Assembly: GCA_963833425.1 (NCBI GenBank)
Contig: CAWHXP010000005.1
Location: forward strand, 32,001-96,000
Direction of reading: 5' to 3'
Source: an uncultured Methanosarcinaceae archaeon
Lineage (GTDB): Archaea; Halobacteriota; Methanosarcinia; Methanosarcinales; Methanosarcinaceae
Length of the DNA: 64,000 bases
Shown piece by piece: positions 24,612-34,892 of this stretch. The notes beneath the pieces were generated by a model. The model worked only from the letters and a program-made list of their open reading frames with translations, did not search any database and was not told where the DNA came from. The position numbers and the translations under genes were made by a program. The stretch's first letter is position 1, and each line of letters opens with the position of its first letter.

Positions 24612-25354
24612 TAAATCCCTTTATAACGTTTTGTCGGTTAATTGTCAAGAATTTATAGTAATATATTGTATTTATAAATATATACATTTTAGTGCATGTA
24701 TCGTAAATAAATGTTATACTACTGTTTCATCTTCTAATCACATCTTTGATCTTCTGAATATACATTAATATGTAGACCTAAATTATAAAAACAAATTCTT
24801 ATAATTAGTCTAAAGTATAATTTTTAATGAGTTAATGATAAACTATTACTTATGCGATTTAAACTTCACCACTGGCTTCTAATGCATTCTTATGACACTT
24901 AATCATTTACAATCCCCCTTAGACACAAATTATGAAGTTTTGTAAAATTTCCCCAAAAATTATTATAGAAAATCCACTTATCATGCAATTTACCGGTTAG
25001 CTTACTATTTACGAAAATTATAAACTGAAACAGATAAGTAAGCTCTTGAATCTAAAAAGATCACTACTAAACTATTTATTAGTCCAAATTTTAATAATCC
25101 TAATGAAATCGCTTATACTTGAGTTTGTACTCTAAGTGAGTAAGTCATATTAAAGAAAAGTCAGTCTACACTTGCTGATATAGAAGATTGGGACTTGATA
25201 AGAGATTCGATCGGGCTAAAAGGAGTTACTTATAAAAATTGGTTTAAATATCTAATTACAGTTTCACACATTCTTCCGGTCAAATAGCAATAAATGCAAC
25301 CTAACACTTCGTCCCCCTGCAACAGTAATAGTATTATTTGGGGAACTCTCTTGC

Positions 25355-25696
25355 TTAGGAGTGCATTTTTAAGGTGGGGTATCCTTCATAACAGTTATTG
25401 CATAACACAGTCACAGTAGGACTTTTACCCTTTTGTCGGATCGTTTTTATCATTCCACATTTTTCTAACTCGTTCAATGCTGTCGGAAAAGCCCAATCAG
25501 GGATAGGTAAAAGGGAATTTATACCTTTCAAGGTGACTACTAAATTTGTAGATTTTTTAATACCTTTTAAGTGCCAAATGTACATAGCCACCCTATAAGT
25601 ATGCCCAACTGAATTTGAAGGTAGCTTCACAATCCATTCTAAAGGCAATTGGGGTATGAAGTATCCTTTTATTTTATCTCTAGAATTTACTAACAT
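25355..25696 (-). CDS. Winged-helix protein, second copy of 35767-36135
   Basis: Nearly identical protein and DNA at an offset of 10439 bp. Confidence 0.8.
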   Translation of the reverse strand: MLVNSRDKIKGYFIPQLPLEWIVKLPSNSVGHTYRVAMYIWHLKGIKKSTNLVVTLKGINSLLPIPDWAFPTALNELEKCGMIKTIRQKGKSPTVTVLCNNCYEGYPTLKMHS

Positions 25697-25797
25697 GATT
25701 TTACCCCATCTAATATTATTTCTAAATGATAAGAGTAAATAAATAAGAAATATAAAGAAATATAAGTAGTAAAAACATTATCCGAAGGCTTTAGAAT

Positions 25798-25880
25798 TTA
25801 GCTGTGTAGCTAATTAATTTTAGCTGTAGAGCGAAATATATTTTGCTGTGCAGCTAATTAATATTGCTCTGTAGCTAAAT
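25798..25880. repeat. Iteron-like 21-22-bp repeats (copy 1)
   Basis: ttagctgtgtagctaattaatt / ttagctgtagagcgaaatatat / tttgctgtgcagctaattaat / attgctctgtagctaaat. Confidence 0.8.
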
Positions 25881-25921
25881 TCAAAGTGTAGACAAAACAG
25901 ATTATTGGAACTATTCTGCTT

Positions 25922-26012
25922 TCAGCTTCCTTCTTCTTTAATTTCTCCTAAAATCTCCATAATCAAATGCCACTTTTCTGCACCCTTCTCATCTATATAC
26001 CTATCAGGATAA
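25922..26012 (-). pseudogene. C-terminal fragment of a second family A DNA polymerase allele
   Basis: YPDRYIDEKGAEKWHLIMEILGEIKEEGS* versus YPERYIDEKGAETWNLIMRILKEVKQE* in 36388-38157. Confidence 0.85.
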
Positions 26013-26099
26013 AGATCGTATTAAAAATACCTTTGATAATTACATGAACAAGTTCAAACCTTATTTATCAAAAACCATTTGAAGCATCTAGAGCAAAAA

Positions 26100-26116
26100 A
26101 GCCCTGGTGGGGATTT
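26100..26116 (-). other. Putative att site: 3' end of a tRNA (possibly tRNA-Thr)
   Basis: Minus strand reads AAAT-CCCCA-CCAGGGC-T (partial T-loop, T-stem, acceptor strand, discriminator) followed by a T-run. Confidence 0.6.
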
Positions 26117-27543
26117 TGGTGATGATAGCTACCTTAAGACGCTGAATATATCAATAGTGGATTTTTATTCTATTAAAATTTGATTGAGTTTAGAAAGTCA
26201 AGATTAACGAATTAATGACTCATTAGATTCTCGATTCACAGCAAACTTCGTTAGAATTTGTTGTCTTATTTCATTTATTTCTGCCATAAAGTCTTACAGA
26301 CTGAAGCCAGATATACTCAGGACTGTCTAATACCTTCAGGCAAAATATATTGCAAATCCAGGTTTATGAAACCGATCTCTGAACTCACAAATGAAATGTA
26401 CCTGGATTATGTAGGCTCATGATAATTAATAAAATGACATTTTTCCGCTTCAGGAAAGCTCTGGCTCAAATATGAACGAGTATAGGGCGATTCGAGGCAT
26501 TTTCTTGAGAAGTTAATTAAAACTATTAACTAGATGGAAAAAAACCCCATGATAGGGCTTAAAATAAGCCAGTTTTTGTCAATCCGTTAGCAAAACATGG
26601 GACAAAGTCAGCAATTTAGTCCAAACTAATCAAAAAGTAAATGAAATCTCATGTTGATTTAGAGAATCTGGAGAAGCCTGTTAGTCAACCATCACCTATT
26701 TGCTCTCGTAAACCCTAAGTAAGTCCAAGATATAGCTAATAATAATTTTTATTACTTTATTAATATAATAGGATATTGAACGCATTTAGTTTAAATTGTA
26801 TTAGATATACTTCTTTATCTGAAATAAAGATGATCCATTTATATAAAAACTAAACTATAACTCCAGATTAAAAAGTGGTTATTACAGATTTTTCATCCCT
26901 GTGACTACTAATCAGGTCCAAAATTAACATTTTATGCAACTATATTTCAAAAATTAAGATCAAACATAATCAAGGACCGTTATTTTCGGTTCGGTCAATG
27001 GGATGCGGTGACAAAAAACAAATTAGTTCATTACTTCCAGTTTTGGATAATAAGCCTAATAACAAAAATAAGTGGAGCGGAAGGATCAAAAACTTTATTT
27101 GCTCAATGTTGTGACAATACTTCTCATTGAATTTAGCTATTATCATAGACATCCCAATACCTTGCAGTAGACTTCGTACCTTTAAATCATAAATTTTAAT
27201 AAATGGTAGTAAAGTCTTCCTTATAAAAAATAAATATAATTTATAAAAATCAGATAAAATAAATATTGAATTTGTTCTATTGCCTGAAAATAAGGCAATC
27301 ACATAGTCAATAAAATATATTTTAAAGTTGTAAAATAAATTTTTGACTTTCTAAAATTTAGTATCTATTCAGATAAATTTATGTATTTACTTGATTATGT
27401 ACTCAAAATTCCAAAATGGAAATCTTTATTTTATTAGCTAGGGATATCTCATTTATCTTTTATCTCAAAATTTTGATCTTAGAGCTAAAATGGTGAACTG
27501 TTGTGATAAAACCCAACTTTTGTACCAGAAAGCCGGAGAAGTT

Positions 27544-27900
27544 TATTTATTCGAATTTTTTAATTCTTCAAGATTTCTCTCACAAAAATCAATTCGTCTA
27601 AGATCTTCAATTTTTCTATCCATTTTTATTGCCTGTTCATAATACTCAATTGCTTTTATTGTCTCTCCCAAATCTCTATACGCGTTTCCCAGATTACCAA
27701 GGTGAATTCCTTCTGCGTCCCTATTTCCAATTTCTTTAGCAATTTTGAGTGCTTGTTCATAATACCCAATTTCTTTTTTCGTCTCTCTCAGAGCACTGTA
27801 TGCATTCCCTAGATTTCAAAGTTGATTTCCTTCATTAAGTCTATCACCTATTTATCTTGCAATTTTTAGTGACTGTTCAAGATAATTTATTGCTTTCCTC
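27544..27900 (-). pseudogene. Orphan TPR 3'-end cassette 1
   Basis: EGIHLGNLGNAYRDLGETIKAIEYYEQA...IEDLRRIDFCERNLEELKNSNK*; homologous to 34700-35050; contains frameshifts. Confidence 0.85.
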
Positions 27901-28734
27901 CCTACTTATGCTGCTCGGAGTGTTTCTCATCTTTATGTTCTTCACCGGATTTTTTGCTGTCGTTTTGTTGCTCATCTGAGTGTTTCTTCTTAGGAGCCGT
28001 GTAAATACATCCAATTCCCAGAACAACGCGTCCAATCGCCAGTAATATTAAGATTATATAGTTTGGAAACTTTGTCTTCATATTATGCACCTATTTTTAT
28101 ATTTTATAATGCATTATTAATTTATAGATAATTGACTTATTGACTTATTATCTATAATGATTATAGCAAAATGCAAATATTATATAAATACTGCCTATAT
28201 ATACTATATATATTTATATATGAATAAAGTGTTTAGCAAAGGAAAAAATATAAATCCAATAACTCCAAAGATAATTTTACGCATGTAAATAATAAAATAA
28301 GATCTTTTTAATATAAGACTTATGAAGGCTCAACTGCAAAATCTCCTTTAAGTATTTATCGCGTAAATAATGAATAAAAAAGTTGGGAATGATTTTTTTC
28401 TTATTTGTAAGTGGAAAAAATCTGTCTCAGGATGAACTTTAAGAAAAAAATGTGCCAACCTATAGCTAAAAGCAGAATACAAGTTGATTGTCTCTTGATG
28501 ACGTCTGATGTCCTCACGGTTCTAATTTTGTCTTTTGATGCAATTGTAACCAGTGGTGAACAAAAACCCATTAATAATCAAAGTTTAGCTTCGGTAGTAA
28601 AAAGATGGGGGATGGAAGTAATGATCTTACTTAAGACTAACCTTTTCCTTTTTGTTCAGTCTAAGTTGTAATATGATCGGTTTTGTTGCAAAAATAATAT
28701 CTCTGCAGTTTACTCATTAATTTTTACCTTTATG

Positions 28735-29069
28735 TACTATTTTTCTCGGTTATGAGACTAATTAATTTTCAAATTGTGATAAACATATTGATTTTGTAAC
28801 AAAGCCAAATTTTTTGCACCAAAAATCAGCAAGTTTATTTTTTCTAAATTTTTAATTTCTCAAGATTTCTCTCGCAAAAATCAATTAGTCGGGAATCTTC
28901 AATTTCTTTAGCAATTTTGAGTGCCAGTTTATAATATCCAATTGCTTTCTTTGTCCTTCCAAGATCATTGTATATTATTCCCAGATTTCCAAGGCATTTC
29001 CCTTCTCCTTTCTTACCCCCAATTTCTTTAGCAATTTTGAGTGACTGTTCATAATACTCAATTGCTTTT
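28735..29069 (-). pseudogene. Orphan TPR 3'-end cassette 2 plus 3' flank
   Basis: KAIEYYEQSLKIAKEIGGKKGEGKCLGNLGIIYNDLG...IEDSRLIDFCERNLEKLKI*; homology to 34820-35150 includes about 100 bp of non-coding DNA. Confidence 0.85.
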
Positions 29070-29104
29070 ATAAGATAGCATCATTATTTTGTAGGAGATA
29101 AACT

Positions 29105-29410
29105 ATGGAGAAAATTGGATTGGTAGAGACGATAGAAGCCTTGCGGTCAGAGTTATCTGCGGCGGTAAAGAAAGCCCAAGGACAAGAGATTCAGTTTCCG
29201 ATAGGTTCAGTACAACTGGAGTTCCAGGTAGGAGTGACATGGGACGCAGAGACTAAGGGTAAAGTCAAGTTCTGGGTATTGGAGTTAGGAGCGAGCGGCA
29301 AATATGCAAACGAATCGGTCCAGAAGGTCACTCTTAATCTTGAAGCCCCAGTGAACACTGAGGGAAATATAGTGAAAGTGACAGAACATTCGCGACAGAG
29401 ACCGAGTTAG
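29105..29410 (+). CDS. Trypsin-co-occurring domain 2 (Trypco2) protein
   Basis: IGLVETIEALRSEL...VQLEFQV...VKFWVLELG...QKVTLNL pattern; RBS GGAG; directly upstream of a trypsin gene. Confidence 0.85.
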   Translation: MEKIGLVETIEALRSELSAAVKKAQGQEIQFPIGSVQLEFQVGVTWDAETKGKVKFWVLELGASGKYANESVQKVTLNLEAPVNTEGNIVKVTEHSRQRPS

Positions 29411-29422
29411 GGAGGGTAGATA

Positions 29423-30823
29423 GTGTTAGCAGGGCTGAACAGTCGAGCCGTTGAAGTTATCTATGAAGGGTGTGACGAAAACGGACATTTCTGGGAGGTA
29501 GGTTCTGGGTCCTTCGTTCGCCCTAATCTGGTGCTTACTGCCTCGCACTGTATTCCCGGCCCGGGCAAATTAAGAGTGCGTCTTCTCTACGACGGAAAAA
29601 AGTACCCTGCGACAGTGCGCCTGCAAGCTGACAAAGACAACGCAGATTTAGCAGTACTCGAAGTTTCTAATGTACCAGTGGAAGTCCCTGTTCTACGATT
29701 TGGAGAGGTAAATCGGAATATATCAGGGAAAGTGAAGGAATGTATAGCAATTGGCTTCCCCAGGTTCAAAGATATCGAAGATAAATCTAAGGTACTGCGT
29801 TGCAGTGCCCAAGTCGAGGGGGAGATCCCAACCGGAGAAAATTTTCGCCAGCCCATTCTTACGCTACAGATAACAAACAAGAATCCACGATCACTACCTG
29901 ATAACAAATCGGAATGGGCAGGGATATCTGGGGCAGTAGTATACTCGAGCAATGATACTATCATAGGTGTGATAACTGAGCATCATCTCCCGGAGGGTGA
30001 GAGTGCGTTAAACGTTGTGCCAATTACGGCCATCGATGGTCTAGATGAAGCGGGGAAATGGTGGCAGTTACTAGGTGTGAACCGTCAAGCACTCGTAAGT
30101 CTGCCGAAAATTATAGGCAATGTTACAGGCAAGCTAGCTACTGGGAAATATATCAATCAAATTGTGATAAAAGAGCCATCAGTAGAGGCATTAGTTAAAC
30201 AGATGGACTTTTTAGAACAAAAAGAAGAAAGTTTTGATTTATTTTTAAGCTATTTACACTTAGATGATGAGTTTGTTGACAAATTGTCCTGGTTGCTCGA
30301 AAATATTGCCTACTTAAGGGTATTGCATGACAGATGGATTATTTTGCCTGAAAAATGGCAGCAAGAAATACCTCGTGGATTCGAACTCACAAAATCTTGT
30401 GCAATATGTATCGGAGGGGAAACCCCCGAAGGTTGGTTTAGAGACGAGATTGAACTGGCTATCAGTCACCAAAGTGAAGATAAAGCATTCAGAGTTATTC
30501 CAGTGTTATTGCCCAATGCTCAAGAAATAAGTCTTGATGATTTCCCTGAGTTAAGAACTTTGGTGGACTTTAGGAATGGTTTGGAAGATACTAAAGAATT
30601 GCATCGTCTAGTTTCCGGGATACGCGGTGTGCCGCCAGGAAGAAAGCCTTCGGAAATTGTGATACAAGAACCTGATATTGAACCTGATATTAATAGAGCT
30701 CGTAAGCAATTAAGGATAATTGAACAACTGAGCTTTGAATTTAAGGCTATTTTCTCTCAAAAGCTAGTGGATGAGAGTGTTCGTAAGATAGTAAAAGTAA
30801 ATGTGTTAATGAAAAATAGGTGA
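29423..30823 (+). CDS. Trypsin-like serine protease fused to a C-terminal TIR domain
   Basis: Triad motifs LTASH, DLAVL and GISG; TIR motifs FDLFLSY, WFRDEIELA and RVIPVLL. Confidence 0.9.
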   Translation: MLAGLNSRAVEVIYEGCDENGHFWEVGSGSFVRPNLVLTASHCIPGPGKLRVRLLYDGKKYPATVRLQADKDNADLAVLEVSNVPVEVPVLRFGEVNRNISGKVKECIAIGFPRFKDIEDKSKVLRCSAQVEGEIPTGENFRQPILTLQITNKNPRSLPDNKSEWAGISGAVVYSSNDTIIGVITEHHLPEGESALNVVPITAIDGLDEAGKWWQLLGVNRQALVSLPKIIGNVTGKLATGKYINQIVIKEPSVEALVKQMDFLEQKEESFDLFLSYLHLDDEFVDKLSWLLENIAYLRVLHDRWIILPEKWQQEIPRGFELTKSCAICIGGETPEGWFRDEIELAISHQSEDKAFRVIPVLLPNAQEISLDDFPELRTLVDFRNGLEDTKELHRLVSGIRGVPPGRKPSEIVIQEPDIEPDINRARKQLRIIEQLSFEFKAIFSQKLVDESVRKIVKVNVLMKNR

Positions 30824-30827
30824 CTCA

Positions 30828-33800
30828 ATGGCAGACACCAAGTACAAGTATGATGTATTTCTGAGCTATTCAAGATCTGATGTGAATTCAGTTGAAAAAG
30901 TTGCGAGCTATCTCAGTGATGCAGGACTGAACGTCTGGTTTGATGAATGGTCACTGGTTCCAGGTCAGCAATGGGAGGCATCTTTAGAGGAAGCTTTTGA
31001 TAGTTCGCTTACAATCGCTGTTTTTGTAGGTCCTTCATCGTTAAGTAATCAGCAACAACTGGAGTTGAAAGAAGTCCTTAATAAGCAGATGAACGGTGCA
31101 GTTCATAGGGTCATACCTATCCTACTTCCTGGATCCAGTATAGATTTTATCCCTTTACCCCTTCGCAAAATATGCGCTTTAGACCTTCGTAAAGGTCTTG
31201 AGACAAAACGCGAGCTAAATGAACTTGTTAAAATGATTACCGAATATAAAACCGTAACCTATGGCACTGGACTAACAACAGGTCGCGATGTTTCCATAGG
31301 TGATGTTACCGGCCAGCTAGCTATTGGGAAATATATCAATCAAATTACTATAAAAGAGCCTTCTGGAAAGGCGTTAGTTGAATTAATAGCTTATCTGGAA
31401 CAAGAGAGAAATAAAGAAGAAAATCTTAAAATTTTAAACAGCTATAATCCTTCTGTCCTTCCTTATTTTGACCCTAGACTAAAAGAATTTGTTACCACAA
31501 ACAGAGTGGAAGAATTAAGCCAAGCTCTCGTATATCTTCAGGATCACAGGCTTTTACTTTTTACTGGATTAGGTGGAGTTGGAAAGACTACTCTTGCAAG
31601 AGCCATTATTGATATAAGACCAGCTAATGTACCTATTCCTTTCTGGTTTGATTTCAGTCAAAATCAGAGTGCCAAACTAGGGGATATTCTCGAAAAACTC
31701 GCAGCATATATGAATTCTCGAGATTTAGTAGGATTCAAAGAGGAAAAACGAGAGCCAGAAAAAAAGGATATTGATAAACTCATAGACAAATTAAATGTAG
31801 GAAACCCAGTATGGCTTATTTTCGACAACTTGGAAACTATAATGGATGACATTTATTTCCAAGATGAATATATAGATCTATTTTTTACTTGTTTGTTTAC
31901 CAACACTTACCAGATAAAGATCATTATAACGAGTAGAACTGTTCCAATGTTAAAAAATGAAGAATGCTTAATTAACGTAATAGAAGGAGATAAACAGAAT
32001 GTTGGGGGTTTGAAGACTAATTTTGCAGTTGAATATCTCGCCAAAAACGGGCTTGCTAATATAGAACTTTATAAGCTTGAAGAACTTGCCAAAGGAGTTG
32101 ATGGACATCCTCTGGCTCTAAAACTTCTTGTAGAATTAGTAAAGAAATTTGGAGAAGAAGATACCATAGAGGATCTAAATATATATCAGGAACAAAAACA
32201 GGACACAATATTAAAAGCGAGAAAGCTCTTTGACAAACTAGTAGGGAAAGAAAAAGCTCTAGTTGAGCGTATTTCTGTCTATCGTGAGCCTGTGAAGATA
32301 GAAGGGCTTAAAGAGATGTTTATGGAGAAGACATCTTTAACTGATATTCAAAGGCTTAGGAATAAGTCACTATTAGAAACTGATCTTAGTGGTAAGTATT
32401 GGCTTCATCCTCTGGTACAAGAGTTCTCTTACTACGACCTTGAAAACAAAAAAGAAGTACATAAGCTTGCAATGAATTATTACCTTTCTCTATCTATTCC
32501 TGAAAAGCCTGTAAAAAAAGAAGATATCCAGTCTCTTATTGAAGCACACTACCATGCCTACACGGCAAAAGAATACGATCAGGCTTTCAACATCATATTT
32601 GACAATAAATTGAATGAATATCTTGATCTCTGGGGCAATTATACAGTACTTATTGATCTCTACTCAAAATTATTGCCAGATAATCATTTTAAAACCGAAA
32701 TTCTTCTGAAAGATAAAGGAAGTCATGGTATAGTCCTTGGGAATCTAGGGCTAGCATACCGTGATCTTGGAGAGATAAGGAAAGCAATTGAGTATTATGA
32801 ACAAGCACTCAAAATTGCTAAAGAAATTGTGGATAGGCAAGATGAAGGAATTTGGCTTGGAAATCTGGGGAGTGCATACAGTGATCTAGGAGAGACGAAA
32901 AAAGCAATTGAGTATCTCGAACAAGCACTAGAAATTGCTAAAGAAGGAGACAGGAAAAATGAAGGAATTTGGCTTGGAAATCTAGGGAATGTATACCGTA
33001 ATTTGGGAGAGACGAGAAAAGCAATTGAATATCATGAACAGGCACTAGAAATTGCTAAAGAAACTGGAGACAGGAAAAATGAAGGAGGTCAACTTGGAAA
33101 TTTGGGGAACGCTTACTATAATTTGGGAGAGACTAAAAAAGCAATTGAGTATTTAGAACAGGCACTAAAAATTGCTCAAGAAATAGGAGACAGGCAAGGA
33201 GAAGGAGCAGACCTTGGAAATATGGGGAACGCTTACTATAATTTGGGAAAAACGAAAAAAGCAATTGAGTATTACGAACAGGCACTAAAAATTGCTCAAG
33301 AAATTGGGTACAGGCTAGGAGAAGGAATTTGGCTTGGAAGTCTAGGGAACGCATACAGTGTTCTAGGAGAACAGAAGAAGGCAATTGAGTATTCTAAACA
33401 GGCACTAAAAATTGTTCAAGAAATTGGGTACAGGCAAGTAGAAGGAACTTGCATTGGAAATCTTGGGAATGCATACAAGGATCTTGGAGAACCGAGAAAC
33501 GCAATTAAATATTATGAAAAAGCACTCAAAATTGCTCAAGAAATTGGGGATAGGCAAGGAGAAGGAACAGACCTGGGAAATCTGGGGTTAGTATACAGTG
33601 ATCTAGGTGAGACTAAAAAAGCAATTGGATATTACGAGCAGGCATTGCTAATTTCAAGAAAAATAGGTGATAGACGCGGAGAAGGAACTTGGCTTGGGAA
33701 TCTTGGAAACGTTTACAGACAACTGGATAAGATTACAATAGCAATTGAATATTACAAGCAGGCACTAGAAATTGCTCAAAAAATTGATGATAGACGAGGA

Positions 33801-34892
33801 GAAGGTGCAGCTCTTGGAAATCTGGGGTTAGTATATAGTGATCTAGGTGAGATTAAAAAAGCAATTGAATGTTATGAGCAGACTTTGCTAATTTCAATAG
33901 AAGTAGATGATAGACGCGGAGAAGGAATCGCTCTTGGAAATCTGGGATTAGTATATAGTTATCTAGGTGAGATTAAAAAAGGAATTGAACATTATGAGCA
34001 GGCATTAAAAATTTCGAAGGAAGTGGGGAATAGACACGCTGAAGGTGCGATTCTTGGAAATTTGGGGAATGCATATAGCCAAGTTGGTAAGATTACAACA
34101 GCACTTGAATATTACGAGCAGGCTTTGCTAATTTCAAGAGAAATAGGTGATAGACGCGGAGAAGGAAATCGTATTGGAAATTTGGGGTTAGTATACAGTG
34201 ATCTGGGTAAGGTTACAACAGCAATTGAATATTACGAGCAGGCTTTGCTAATTTCAAGAGAAATAGGTGATAGACGCGGAGAAGGGACTTGGCTTGGAAA
34301 TCTAGGGCTAGCATACTCTAATTTGGGAGAACCGAAAAAAACAATTGAATATTTTGAACAGGCATTCAAAATTGCTCAAGAAATCGGGGACAGGCAGGTA
34401 GAAGGAACTTGCATTGGAAATCTTGGGAATGCATACAGTGATCTGGGAGAGACAAAAAAAGCAATTGAGTATTATGAACAGTCACTCAAAATTGCTCAAG
34501 AAATAGGGGACAGGCAAGGAGAAGGAATTTGGCTTGGAAATCTAGGGAGAGCATACTATAATTTGGGAGAGACGAAAAAAACAATTGAATATTTTGAACA
34601 GGCATTCAAAATTGCTCAAGAAATAGGGGACAGACAAGTAGAAGGAACTTGCATTGGAAATCTTGGGAATGCATACAGTGATCTGGGAGAGACAAAAAAA
34701 GCAATTGAGTATTATGAACAGTCACTCAAAATTGCTCAAGAAATTGGGGATAGGCGAAATGAAGAAGTTTGGCTTGAAAATCTGGGGAAAGCATACAAGG
34801 ATCTTGGAGAGACGAAGAAAGCAATTGAATATCATGAACAGTCACTCAAAATTGCTAAAGAAATTGGAGGTAGGCGAAATGAAGGAACTTGA
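30828..34892 (+). CDS. TIR + STAND (NB-ARC-like) NTPase + TPR repeats (NLR-like)
   Basis: YDVFLSYS and RVIPILL; GLGGVGKT, LIFDNLE, GHPLAL, LHPLV; 18 TPR units of about 40 aa; ends at a TGA where neighbouring repeats have TGG or TGC. Confidence 0.93.
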   Translation: MADTKYKYDVFLSYSRSDVNSVEKVASYLSDAGLNVWFDEWSLVPGQQWEASLEEAFDSSLTIAVFVGPSSLSNQQQLELKEVLNKQMNGAVHRVIPILLPGSSIDFIPLPLRKICALDLRKGLETKRELNELVKMITEYKTVTYGTGLTTGRDVSIGDVTGQLAIGKYINQITIKEPSGKALVELIAYLEQERNKEENLKILNSYNPSVLPYFDPRLKEFVTTNRVEELSQALVYLQDHRLLLFTGLGGVGKTTLARAIIDIRPANVPIPFWFDFSQNQSAKLGDILEKLAAYMNSRDLVGFKEEKREPEKKDIDKLIDKLNVGNPVWLIFDNLETIMDDIYFQDEYIDLFFTCLFTNTYQIKIIITSRTVPMLKNEECLINVIEGDKQNVGGLKTNFAVEYLAKNGLANIELYKLEELAKGVDGHPLALKLLVELVKKFGEEDTIEDLNIYQEQKQDTILKARKLFDKLVGKEKALVERISVYREPVKIEGLKEMFMEKTSLTDIQRLRNKSLLETDLSGKYWLHPLVQEFSYYDLENKKEVHKLAMNYYLSLSIPEKPVKKEDIQSLIEAHYHAYTAKEYDQAFNIIFDNKLNEYLDLWGNYTVLIDLYSKLLPDNHFKTEILLKDKGSHGIVLGNLGLAYRDLGEIRKAIEYYEQALKIAKEIVDRQDEGIWLGNLGSAYSDLGETKKAIEYLEQALEIAKEGDRKNEGIWLGNLGNVYRNLGETRKAIEYHEQALEIAKETGDRKNEGGQLGNLGNAYYNLGETKKAIEYLEQALKIAQEIGDRQGEGADLGNMGNAYYNLGKTKKAIEYYEQALKIAQEIGYRLGEGIWLGSLGNAYSVLGEQKKAIEYSKQALKIVQEIGYRQVEGTCIGNLGNAYKDLGEPRNAIKYYEKALKIAQEIGDRQGEGTDLGNLGLVYSDLGETKKAIGYYEQALLISRKIGDRRGEGTWLGNLGNVYRQLDKITIAIEYYKQALEIAQKIDDRRGEGAALGNLGLVYSDLGEIKKAIECYEQTLLISIEVDDRRGEGIALGNLGLVYSYLGEIKKGIEHYEQALKISKEVGNRHAEGAILGNLGNAYSQVGKITTALEYYEQALLISREIGDRRGEGNRIGNLGLVYSDLGKVTTAIEYYEQALLISREIGDRRGEGTWLGNLGLAYSNLGEPKKTIEYFEQAFKIAQEIGDRQVEGTCIGNLGNAYSDLGETKKAIEYYEQSLKIAQEIGDRQGEGIWLGNLGRAYYNLGETKKTIEYFEQAFKIAQEIGDRQVEGTCIGNLGNAYSDLGETKKAIEYYEQSLKIAQEIGDRRNEEVWLENLGKAYKDLGETKKAIEYHEQSLKIAKEIGGRRNEGT

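Noticed and set aside
26970..28671. ORFs 26970-27302, 27902-28090 and 28411-28671 as real genes
   Set aside because: No recognisable motifs, and they lie in AT-rich decayed DNA; 27902-28090 may be a gene fragment but cannot be supported.
27544..34892. Diversity-generating retroelement acting on the TPRs
   Set aside because: No reverse transcriptase in the window, and the differences are not restricted to adenines.
34890..34892. Recoded stop codon in the NLR gene
   Set aside because: It is TGA rather than the pyrrolysine TAG, and a frameshift follows within about 40 bp.
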